This document shows, piece by piece, positions 53,142-64,000 of a stretch of 64,000 nucleotides of DNA. This stretch comes from an uncultured Acidobacteriota bacterium (GTDB lineage Bacteria > Acidobacteriota > UBA6911), in NCBI GenBank assembly GCA_963827655.1, contig CAWHCF010000042.1:1-64000 (forward strand). Reading direction: 5' to 3'. A model generated the notes under the pieces. The model was not told the DNA's origin and ran no database searches. It was given only the letters and a program-made list of their open reading frames with translations. Made by a program: the position numbers and the translations under genes. Position 1 is the stretch's first letter. Each line of letters begins with the position of its first letter.

Positions 53142-55505
53142 TCAGCGCAAGCTGAATGCCACGATCGTAGTCCCCGCGGCCATCGCAATGTACTGGTTGC
53201 CGTCCACCGTGTACGTCATTGGCCCCGCCTTCCAGCTCTGGCCGGTGTTGAAATGCCAGAGCAGTTTCCCGTTCGTCGCGTCCGCCGCGATAAAGGCGCC
53301 ACTACCGTCTCCATAGAATAACAGCCCGCCGGCTGTGGCCATGAGACCGCTGCCGAGAATCCCGCCTCCTACGTCCGGTATCTCCCAGGCGGTCTTTCCC
53401 GTTTGAATGTCGAGCGCTTTTAGAGACTTCCCCGCGCCATTCTCAACCGGAGCCCGGCGCGTGCCGCCGCCGTAGAACGACTTGCCTGCCTCCCACCACT
53501 GGTCGTTCTTGGTGTAAATGCTGCACGACTCCTCTGCAAACATGTAGAAGAGCCCGGTCATCGGGCTGAACGCCGTCGACGGCCAGTTGGTGGCCCCTGC
53601 GACCGCGGGACAGACGCGCCGGCCTTCCGGTGTCGGCTCATTGCCGGGCAAGAGCTTGGGACGGCCGTCAGGGCCGATGCCGCTCGCCCAGGTCAAATTC
53701 TTGACGAACGGTTCGGCCAGCAGGAACTTGCCCGTCAACCGGTCCAGCACGTAGAAAAAGCCGTTGCGGTTACCCTGAAGCAGCAGCTTGCGCTGCTGTC
53801 CGCGAAACATGGCGTCGACGAGCATCGGCGTCTCGGTCGCGTCCCAGTCGTGCAGGTCATTGGGCGTGAACTGGAAATACCACTTGAGCTTTCCCGTGCT
53901 CGGGTCGAGCGCCAGCACAGAGCAGCTGTAAAGGTTGTCGCCTTTGCGCTCGTCACCGTTGTAGTCGGGACAGGGATTGCCCGTGGGCCAGTAGAGCAGC
54001 TTCGCTTCCGGATCGTAGGTGCCTGTGAGCCACGTCGCGGCGCATCCATGATCGATGGCCCTGCCGCCCCACGTCTCTGACCCCGGCTCGCCCGGCGCGG
54101 GGACTGTCCAGAACCGCCAGGCGCGTTCGCCGGTCGAGGCTTTGTACGCATCCAGGAACCCGCGGACTCCTTCGTCTCCGCCGGAGACGCCGGAAATCAC
54201 CAGATCGTTGACCACCAGGGGCGCGCCGGTCGCTCCGTAATTCTGGCGAGAGTCGGCCATCTCGACGTCCCAGAGCAGCCGGCCGGTATTGCGGTGCAGC
54301 GCGATCAGGTGCGCGTTGTCCGTGACCATGAACACCCGGTCGCCAAGTATCGCCACGCCGCGGTTGATTCCACTGGCGGCATCGCCGGCCAGGCCTTTGG
54401 TGCGCGGGCGGCTGTAATGCCAGATCTCCCGGCCGCTACGCGCATCGAGAGCGAAGGCTTCATTGACTGAAGTGACGTACATGACGCCGTCGGCCACAAC
54501 AGGCGTGACCTGAAGAGCGCGTGGCGCTCCCTGAATCGAGAACATCCACCTGGGCGCGAGCTGCCGGACATTGCGCGTGTTGATCTGGTCGAGCGGGCTG
54601 AAGCGATTGCCGCTCAGGTTCCCGTGGTAGGTCGGCCAGGTGCCGGGCTTCGGCTGCGCTACGTCAGCAAATGGGATTCCAATTCCCATCTCGGCGGCGG
54701 CGACCGGGGCCTTGACGTCAGGTTCAGTCGTAAGACGGCTGAGATAGGCGATCAGGTCGCGCATCTCCGTCACGTTCGCCTCGACCTTCGGCATCACCGA
54801 CTTCTCGCGGACCACCTCGGCGACCTGATCTTTCAAGAGCAGGTGCATCTTTCCGTCGACGGCAAGGAGTTGCAGGTCAAAAGCGCTTTCGTTCTTTGCC
54901 AGGCCGCGGATGGTCTGGCCGTTGCGCAGGCGTACCGTGACAGCCCGTTCCGAGACCGTGGCTCCGCCGCGACCTCCGCGACCGCGCGAACCGGGAGCTG
55001 GTGGAGCAGCGCCGGGTTCACGGAGCGCCTGTTCGATCTGATCCGGCTTTCGATCGCGTCCGACATTGGAAAGGTCGGGGCCGACCACGCCGCCGCGGCC
55101 GCGCACCATGTGGCAACTCGTGCAGTTCCCTTTCCCGTTGAAGAACCGTTCACCCGCAGCGGCATCCCCGGGCGTGCCGCCGCTCGTCGCCGCGGCATCG
55201 GCGGCCGCCGGTTTCAGCGACATGACGTACGTCACGATCGACTCGAGTTCCGGATCAGATATCGGGAAAGGGGGCATGCCCCGGTCAGGAATGCCCTTCA
55301 GGATCAGGTCGCGGACCGCTTCTCTGGAAGCGGCGCGCGGTTGGGGCAGGTTGACGATATTGAACCCGCGTGCGCCGCCCGTTCCATCCTCGCCATGGCA
55401 ACTGGCGCAGCGGGCCTGGAACTGCCTTCTGCCGGATTCGTCGGTCTGGGCGTGTGCGCTGGCCCAGACCAATGCCGCGCAGATTATCAGTGTGGAGATT
55501 CGCAT
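53142..55505 (-). CDS. PQQ-type alcohol dehydrogenase-like beta-propeller with two N-terminal c-haem domains
   Basis: CASCH, CTSCH; WPTYHG...RFSPLDQIN, NRGVA, GNP.PD, GDNLY, HDWD, NRNGFFYVLDR, GATNW. Confidence 0.85.
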   Translation of the reverse strand: MRISTLIICAALVWASAHAQTDESGRRQFQARCASCHGEDGTGGARGFNIVNLPQPRAASREAVRDLILKGIPDRGMPPFPISDPELESIVTYVMSLKPAAADAAATSGGTPGDAAAGERFFNGKGNCTSCHMVRGRGGVVGPDLSNVGRDRKPDQIEQALREPGAAPPAPGSRGRGGRGGATVSERAVTVRLRNGQTIRGLAKNESAFDLQLLAVDGKMHLLLKDQVAEVVREKSVMPKVEANVTEMRDLIAYLSRLTTEPDVKAPVAAAEMGIGIPFADVAQPKPGTWPTYHGNLSGNRFSPLDQINTRNVRQLAPRWMFSIQGAPRALQVTPVVADGVMYVTSVNEAFALDARSGREIWHYSRPRTKGLAGDAASGINRGVAILGDRVFMVTDNAHLIALHRNTGRLLWDVEMADSRQNYGATGAPLVVNDLVISGVSGGDEGVRGFLDAYKASTGERAWRFWTVPAPGEPGSETWGGRAIDHGCAATWLTGTYDPEAKLLYWPTGNPCPDYNGDERKGDNLYSCSVLALDPSTGKLKWYFQFTPNDLHDWDATETPMLVDAMFRGQQRKLLLQGNRNGFFYVLDRLTGKFLLAEPFVKNLTWASGIGPDGRPKLLPGNEPTPEGRRVCPAVAGATNWPSTAFSPMTGLFYMFAEESCSIYTKNDQWWEAGKSFYGGGTRRAPVENGAGKSLKALDIQTGKTAWEIPDVGGGILGSGLMATAGGLLFYGDGSGAFIAADATNGKLLWHFNTGQSWKAGPMTYTVDGNQYIAMAAGTTIVAFSLR

Positions 55506-55668
55506 TGTTGTCAAGCCGCGGCTAGTTTATACCACGGCATAACGATTCTTGGTGTTTCTTCGCGTCTTCGTGTCTTCGTGGTATTTGTTTCGCACGAAAA
55601 AACGGTAAAGATTTTCTTGACCGCCTGGTCCCCTTCGCCATTATATCGTTGCGAGTGGGAGCAAACTT

Positions 55669-57808
55669 ATGCGTTCAAATCTAGCTTGGATTTCTCAGAG
55701 GCTGCTGGTTGCGCTATGTCTGATGGGAGCCCAACCGCTGCTGCTCGCCCAGGATCTCGACTTCACCGCCGGCCTGGACGAGTTCCGCGAACTGCGCAAC
55801 ATGCTCCGCGCCCATGTTCGACGGCTTGGGTTGGAGCACCTTGAAAAACGTCGCGAGGCTGTAGCGCGGTGGACGGCTTCAGACGTCAAGGCGCGCAAGG
55901 CATACGTGCGCGAGCGTCTGCAGGAGTCGCTGGGAGGGCCCTTCCCCGAGCGCACGCCCGCTCAACCCGCGCGTAACCGGCACCGTCGATCGCGGCGATT
56001 ACCGCATCGAGAAGATCGTTTTCGAAAGCCAGCCGTCCTTTTACGTGACCGCGAATTTATACGTACCGGCTCGCGGCCAGCCCCCCTTTCCCGCGGTTCT
56101 GTATCCGCTCGGCCATGAAGCCGGCGCGAAATCGCATCATGCCTGGCAGCAGATGCTCGGCTCGCTGGCCAAGCGCGGATACGTCGCGCTGGCGTGGGAC
56201 CCTGTTGGACAAGGCGAGCGCGTGCAGCTATGGGATCCTGAGGCCGGTGGACCCAAGCTCGCAAGCTCCACAACCGAGCACTCGATGCTGGGTATTCAAT
56301 GTCTTCTGACCGGTGACAATCTTGCTCGCTACACGATCTGGGACGGCATCCGGGCCCTCGACTATCTTCTGTCGCGCAAGGAAGTGGACCCGAATCGCAT
56401 AGCCGTCACCGGCAACTCCGGCGGCGGCACGCACACCGCGTACCTTGCGGCGCTGGAAGATCGCATTCATGTCGCCGCCCCATCCTGTTATCTGACCAAC
56501 TGGCGCCTGTTGCTCGAAACCCGCGGCCCGCAGGATGCCGAGCAGAACCTGCCGCCGTGGCTGGCAGCGGGTCTCGACCACGCCGACTTCGTGCACGCTT
56601 TCGCCGGCAAGCCTTACCTTATTCTGTCCGCGATCCGCGACTTCTTCGCAATTGCCGGGGCTCGGGAAACCTTCGCCGAGGCCAAGCGCGCCTATTCGCT
56701 CATCGGCGCCGCGGACAAGGTGGCGATGGCGGAGGCCGACGACGGTCACGGCTTCAGCCAGCCGCGACGCATCGCCGCGTACACCTGGTTTGATCAGTGG
56801 CTAAAGGGCAAGGCCGGCGAGGCCGCCGAGCCTGAGGTGCACATGGCTACTGAAGATGAACTGTTCTGCACCGAGTCCGGCCAGGTCAATGTCTCGCTCG
56901 GCGGCGAAACCGTGTTTAAACTGAACCGGCGGCGCGCCGACCAGTTCAGCAAGGCGCAGCCCGGCGGCGATCTGGCGGCCCACGTTCGCCGGCTCACCGG
57001 CTACCAGCAGCCGGAGGGTCCGGTGTCGGTGCGCAGTTATGGCGTGATCCGCCGCTCGGGCTACTCGATCGAGAAACTGGTTTACGATAGCGAGCCCGGC
57101 ATCGTCGTGCCGGCGTTGCTCTTTGCCCCCGAATCCGGCGGACCGAAAAAGCCGGCGGTTCTCTGGATTCACGCTCGCGGTAAATCAATCGACGCAGCAT
57201 CCGACGGCGACATCGTTCAGCTGGTTCGCGCCGGAGCCGTCGTCCTTGCCATTGACGCCCGCGGTTATGGCGAGACTCAGCTGGCCACACAACCCGAACG
57301 CATCGACTCGGTTCGAATGTTCGGCGACTTCTACAGCGCCATGACCGCGCTGCTGGTCGGCAAGACACTGGTCGGCATGCGCGCGCGGGACATCATCCGT
57401 GGCATCGACGTGCTGGCCGCTCGCCCGGAGGTTGACCCCCAACGAATCGCTGCTGCGGGCAAAGAAGGCGCCGCCGTGCCGCTGCTGCACGCGGCGGTCC
57501 TGGATCCCCGCATCCGCAAAGTCGCGCTCGAGCGCATGATCCTGTCGTACGCCGCCGTACTGGAGCGCCCGATTCACCGGCAAGTCTTTGAAAGCGTCGT
57601 TCGTGGCGTGATCCGCTCTTATGACTTGCCCGCGCTTGCCGCTGCGATCTCCCGGCCGGTCCTGATCATTGATGCAGTGGATTCAGTGGGCAACCTGGTC
57701 AAGCTGGAACGGGTCCGCAGCGAATACGGGAGCGCCGCCTCCGCGCAGATACAGAGACGTGGCATGAACCAGCCTGCGTCCTCGCTATTTGCCGACCTGA
57801 TCCAATAG
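55669..57808 (+). CDS. Acetylxylan-esterase-like alpha/beta hydrolase, two domains; frameshift at ~55960
   Basis: EK..FESQP...VTANLYVP, WD.IRALDYL.SR.EVD, TGNSGGG. Confidence 0.82.
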
Positions 57809-57860
57809 CCGTCGGCAAAAACAAAAGCCACCACAAAGACGCGAAGAAAACACTCTAAGG

Positions 57861-57888
57861 TTCGTTCGGGGACTTCGCCCCGAACGAA
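57861..57888. terminator. Hairpin between convergent genes (possible terminator)
   Basis: TTCGTTCGGGG-ACTTCG-CCCCGAACGAA, a perfect 11-bp stem. Confidence 0.5.
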
Positions 57889-57929
57889 AGGCCCCTTCTG
57901 AACGAAAACATGTTGGTTTGAACGTTTCG

Positions 57930-58430
57930 CTAAGCGCCTATTCCGACGACCTGGCTTCTCCGTTCAAGCAAAACAACGTCTCGCCAGATCCCATTCAGTT
58001 GACCAACGCGTTCGCGAGTTCCAATCTCCCGGAAGCCGCACCTCTTGTGCAAAGCGAGACTCGAGCGATTCTCCGGGAATATGCCGGCCTGCAACGTCCA
58101 TATCCCAAGTTTCTCCGACAGCGCTGCCAGTGCGTCAAGCAAAGCTCGTCCGATCTGTCGACCGCGATACCTGGCTCCCACGTAAATACTTACCTCTGCT
58201 ACACCGGAATATGCGGAACGGCTCGAGACCGGACTCAAGGCGGCCCATCCGAGAATGACATCGCCTGCTTTGGCGACCAATCGACAATTCGTCAGGTGGG
58301 TTGAATCCCATCGCTCCCAGGTTGGCGGTTCTGTCTCAAAGGTAGCATGACCGCTCGAAATCCCTTCGACGTAGATGGAACGTACCTGCGGCCAGTCGTC
58401 AGGTGTCATCGTGTCTATGATGTATTCCAT
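57930..58430 (-). CDS. GNAT N-acetyltransferase (phosphinothricin acetyltransferase/YncA-like)
   Basis: IY.EGI...ATFE, SSRSAYSGVAE.SIYV, RGR.IG, QAGIFPEN..S.ALH..CGF, WRDV.LLERRS. Confidence 0.92.
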   Translation of the reverse strand: MEYIIDTMTPDDWPQVRSIYVEGISSGHATFETEPPTWERWDSTHLTNCRLVAKAGDVILGWAALSPVSSRSAYSGVAEVSIYVGARYRGRQIGRALLDALAALSEKLGIWTLQAGIFPENRSSLALHKRCGFREIGTRERVGQLNGIWRDVVLLERRSQVVGIGA

Positions 58431-58609
58431 CCCCAGACTCAGTTTTCTTCGCGTCTTCGTGCCCTCGTGGTTAGCTGAAATACCACCAGGACGCAAAGAC
58501 ACCAAGAAATTCATTCGTTGCAATCGTCTTTTTTTCCGGCTAATGTTTGAGACTGTAAGTGTGCGGGGAGCTTCAAGATGGCTTGCGAGTTCCCCGTCCC
58601 CTCTGGCAA

Positions 58610-61105
<2,496 letters not shown>

Positions 61106-61115
61106 TTTTTTTACT

Positions 61116-62558
61116 ATGAATCCTACTCTACTCCAGACCCGCCGGCACTTCTTCTCCGACTGTGCGGTTGGCTTGGGCAAAATCGCTCTGGCTTCGCTAT
61201 TCTGCGGCCCGCAGGTGTTCGCCCAGGAGAAATCCAAGCTCTCAAACCCGCTGGCTCCGAAGAAGCCTCACTTCCCCCCGAAAGCCAAAAGCGTCATCTA
61301 TCTCTTCATGGCCGGCGCCCCGAGCCAGCTGGAATTGTTCGACTACAAACCGAAGCTGAATGAAATCGACGGACAGCCAATCCCCGACTCGTACATGAAG
61401 GGAAAGCGGTTTGCCTTCATGGACACGTTCGCCAAGGAAGTGCCTCGATTGCTCGGCACGCGCCGGAAATTCGCCCAGCATGGCAAGTGTGGCGCCTACG
61501 TCTCGGAATGCCTGCCGCACATCGCTACCGTGGTCGATGATCTGGCCATCGTGCGTTCCGTGTCGACCGAAGTTTTCAATCACGCGCCGGCCAAGGTGTT
61601 CGTCAATACGGGTTCGGCGCAGTTCGGACGCCCGAGCATGGGCGCCTGGATTACCTACGGGTTGGGAAGCGAGTCGCAGGATCTTCCGGGGTTCGTGGTA
61701 CTGCAGTCCGGCCCGCGCGGCCCGCGCGGCGGCGCGGCCAACTGGGGAAGCGGTTTTCTTCCCACCGCCTACCAGGGAGTTCCCTTCAGCTCCGTCGGCG
61801 ACCCGATTCTCAATCTGGCGAATCCCGCCGGAATAGATCCACGTCGTCAGGGTCAGGCCATCGAGGCGCTCCGGGATCTGAACCTGACTCGCCTGTCCGA
61901 AACCGGCGACTCCGAGATCGCCACACGAATCGCGTCTTATGAAATGGCCTACCGGATGCAGACCAGCGCCCCGGAATTGATGGATCTGTCGGGCGAAACC
62001 AAAGAAACGCTCGAACTGTACGGCGTGGAACCTGGGAAGACTTCCTTTGCCAATAATTGTCTGCTCGCGCGCCGCCTGGTGGAACGGGGCACGCGATTCA
62101 TTCAACTCTACCATGCAGACTGGGATCACCACGGCGGGCCCGGACAGGATCTTGACGGGAGTCTCGACAAGGTGTGCAAGGAAGTAGATCAGCCTGTTGC
62201 CGCGCTGATCAAGGATCTCAAGCAGCGCGGCCTTCTCGACCAGACGCTGGTGATCTGGGGTGGAGAATTCGGCCGCACCCCGATGGGCGAGAAGCGCGAG
62301 ACGACCGGCCGCAATCATCACATCGACGCCTATACCATGTTGATGGCCGGCGCCGGAATCAAACGGGGAATCACGATCGGCGCCAGCGATGAACTGGGTT
62401 TTTCTCCGGTCGAAGATCCAGTGCACATCCACGACTTACAGGCTACGCTTTTACACCTTCTTGGAATCGACCACCTGAAACTTACCTTTCGCTTCCAGGG
62501 GCGGGATTTCCGACTCACGGATGTCGCGGGCAAGGTCGTCACCAAGCTGCTTGCCTAG
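61116..62558 (+). CDS. DUF1501 protein (Tat-exported)
   Basis: [44 protein letters not shown]. Confidence 0.92.
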   Translation: MNPTLLQTRRHFFSDCAVGLGKIALASLFCGPQVFAQEKSKLSNPLAPKKPHFPPKAKSVIYLFMAGAPSQLELFDYKPKLNEIDGQPIPDSYMKGKRFAFMDTFAKEVPRLLGTRRKFAQHGKCGAYVSECLPHIATVVDDLAIVRSVSTEVFNHAPAKVFVNTGSAQFGRPSMGAWITYGLGSESQDLPGFVVLQSGPRGPRGGAANWGSGFLPTAYQGVPFSSVGDPILNLANPAGIDPRRQGQAIEALRDLNLTRLSETGDSEIATRIASYEMAYRMQTSAPELMDLSGETKETLELYGVEPGKTSFANNCLLARRLVERGTRFIQLYHADWDHHGGPGQDLDGSLDKVCKEVDQPVAALIKDLKQRGLLDQTLVIWGGEFGRTPMGEKRETTGRNHHIDAYTMLMAGAGIKRGITIGASDELGFSPVEDPVHIHDLQATLLHLLGIDHLKLTFRFQGRDFRLTDVAGKVVTKLLA

Positions 62559-62634
62559 CATCTCTCTCACCGCCAAGACACGAAGACACTAAGAAACGCT
62601 AAGAATCGTTGTACGTCAAGAGTAGAGGGTGAGG

Positions 62635-62785
62635 ATGCAGACAAAGTTGACCTTACGACTGGACGATGAACCGACGCGCGGGCACAACCGGCATCGTCAC
62701 GAGGGACCCTGCTGGTTTCGCAGAAGGGAGCTTGAGGATCTATTCACCGGACGAGTTGATGAGGATGGCTGAGGCTCTGCCGTAA
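62635..62785 (+). pseudogene. Collapsed toxin-antitoxin remnant: antitoxin N-terminus joined to a PIN toxin C-terminus
   Basis: MQTKLTLRLDDE (DUF6364/RHH-like start), then in another frame AGTTGIVTRDPAGF...IYSPDELM* (PIN-like tail). Confidence 0.55.
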
Positions 62786-62819
62786 TAACGGATCGCTAAC
62801 TACGAAGGGAAGCTCGATA

Positions 62820-63890
62820 ATGACGCTGAGCGCTAGAATTTCGATCGTCGCTCTCTTCGGCCTGGCGTTTGCCGGTGCCGGCGCCCAGTCTCCGAGAGTC
62901 GAGTGCATCGCCGGGAGTGGTGATGGCCCGCTGGGTGGCCCTGCCAGGACGGTCAAATTAATCGAGCCATTTGGCGTCGCCTTCGATAGGAGTGACAATG
63001 CCTATATCTGTGAGTACAAGGGGCAGCGCATCAGCAAGCTCGACAAGAGCGGCATTCTCAGCCTGTTCGCAGGCACCGGGAAGATAGCGTACGGCGGTGA
63101 TGGAGGTCCGGCCCGGGACGCGGCATTTAACGATCCCCACGGCCTGGTGATCGGAAGAGATCAGCAACTCTACGTTGCCGACACGCTCAATCACCGCATT
63201 CGAAAGATCGACCTCAAGACCGGCTCCGTCACAACCGTCGCCGGCACAGGCGAGCGTGGTTTTTCGGGCGATCGAGGTCCAGCCACCAAGGCCGCCTTCA
63301 ACGGGGTCTATGCGATTGACATCAACCGGGCTGCGGACAAGGTTTACGCAGCCGACCTGGAAAACCGTCGAATTCGCCTGGTGGATCTGAAGAGCGGCAT
63401 CGTGACGACCGTGGCGGGAAATGGCGACTCGGGCGTCCCGGCCGACGGGGCCGACGCGGCTCAGAGTCCGCTGGTTGATCCCCGCGCGGTCGCGGTCGAT
63501 TCGCGCGGTAATGTCTACATCCTGGAGCGTCGCGGACATGCGCTTCGCGTGGTCGACCCGCAAGGCAGAATCCGAACCCTGATTGGCCCGGCAACCGGCG
63601 ACCGTCCCGCCAGCGGGCCGAAGCTGAACGGCCCGAAACACCTCTGCGTGGATCTCAACGACAACGTGATCATCGCGGACGCTGAGAACAACCTCATCCG
63701 CCGATACACTCCCAAAGACGGGCAAACCGTGACTATCGCAGGGACTGGAGAAAAAGGGGATCTTCTGGTTCCCGACGACCCATTAAAGACCCAGCTGAGC
63801 CGCCCTCATGGGGTCTACGTTCATCGATCGGGGGCGCTGTACGTCTCCGACAGCTACAACCATCGCATCCTGAAGATCACCGGCTGGTAG
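62820..63890 (+). CDS. Secreted NHL-repeat beta-propeller protein
   Basis: Repeated YVADT.NHRIR.ID...TTVAGTG..G.SGDGGPA units. Confidence 0.9.
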   Translation: MTLSARISIVALFGLAFAGAGAQSPRVECIAGSGDGPLGGPARTVKLIEPFGVAFDRSDNAYICEYKGQRISKLDKSGILSLFAGTGKIAYGGDGGPARDAAFNDPHGLVIGRDQQLYVADTLNHRIRKIDLKTGSVTTVAGTGERGFSGDRGPATKAAFNGVYAIDINRAADKVYAADLENRRIRLVDLKSGIVTTVAGNGDSGVPADGADAAQSPLVDPRAVAVDSRGNVYILERRGHALRVVDPQGRIRTLIGPATGDRPASGPKLNGPKHLCVDLNDNVIIADAENNLIRRYTPKDGQTVTIAGTGEKGDLLVPDDPLKTQLSRPHGVYVHRSGALYVSDSYNHRILKITGW

Positions 63891-63931
63891 ACGCGAAGCG
63901 CGCCAAGTCAGCGACCCATAGCCTCTTTGAC

Positions 63932-63952
63932 GTGCATGCAAAACGCATGCAC
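63932..63952. promoter_or_regulatory. Inverted-repeat operator overlapping a probable promoter
   Basis: GTGCATGC-AAAAC-GCATGCAC overlapping TTGACG (-35-like) and CACAAT (-10-like). Confidence 0.55.
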
Positions 63953-63972
63953 AATTCGAACCGGAGTCCCAA

Positions 63973-64000
63973 ATGGCTATCCTGACAGTAAGGAACGTTC
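63973..64000 (+). CDS. Start of a probable FitA-like RHH antitoxin (cut by the window end)
   Basis: GGAG RBS then MAILTVRNV, a typical RHH beta-strand start; operator upstream; only 9 codons visible. Confidence 0.45.

Overview
GC-rich bacterial chromosomal window, probably Acidobacteriota (inferred from five TonB-dependent receptors, two DUF1553/DUF1501-type gene pairs, a haem-PQQ-type dehydrogenase and a remnant ABC permease tail). It carries many single-base frameshifts, which look like assembly errors. Most genes encode periplasmic or outer-membrane catabolic functions. The standout locus is an apparently accessory operon at 41.7-47.3 kb: a multi-TIR-like protein translationally coupled to an nSTAND1 NTPase-transmembrane-WD40 receptor. 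Its 14 near-identical ~126-bp WD40 repeats vary almost only at four codons, as in fungal HET-D/E non-self receptors. Other notable elements are a family of about 22 octamer-periodic intergenic repeats (ACCAC-NAAG-ACACGAAG) with an orientation bias, two MITE-like elements (one splitting such a repeat), tandem cobalamin riboswitches upstream of a btuB-like gene, and four toxin-antitoxin loci (one intact, one apparently fused, one collapsed, one cut by the window end). All family calls come from motif recognition by eye, not database searches.
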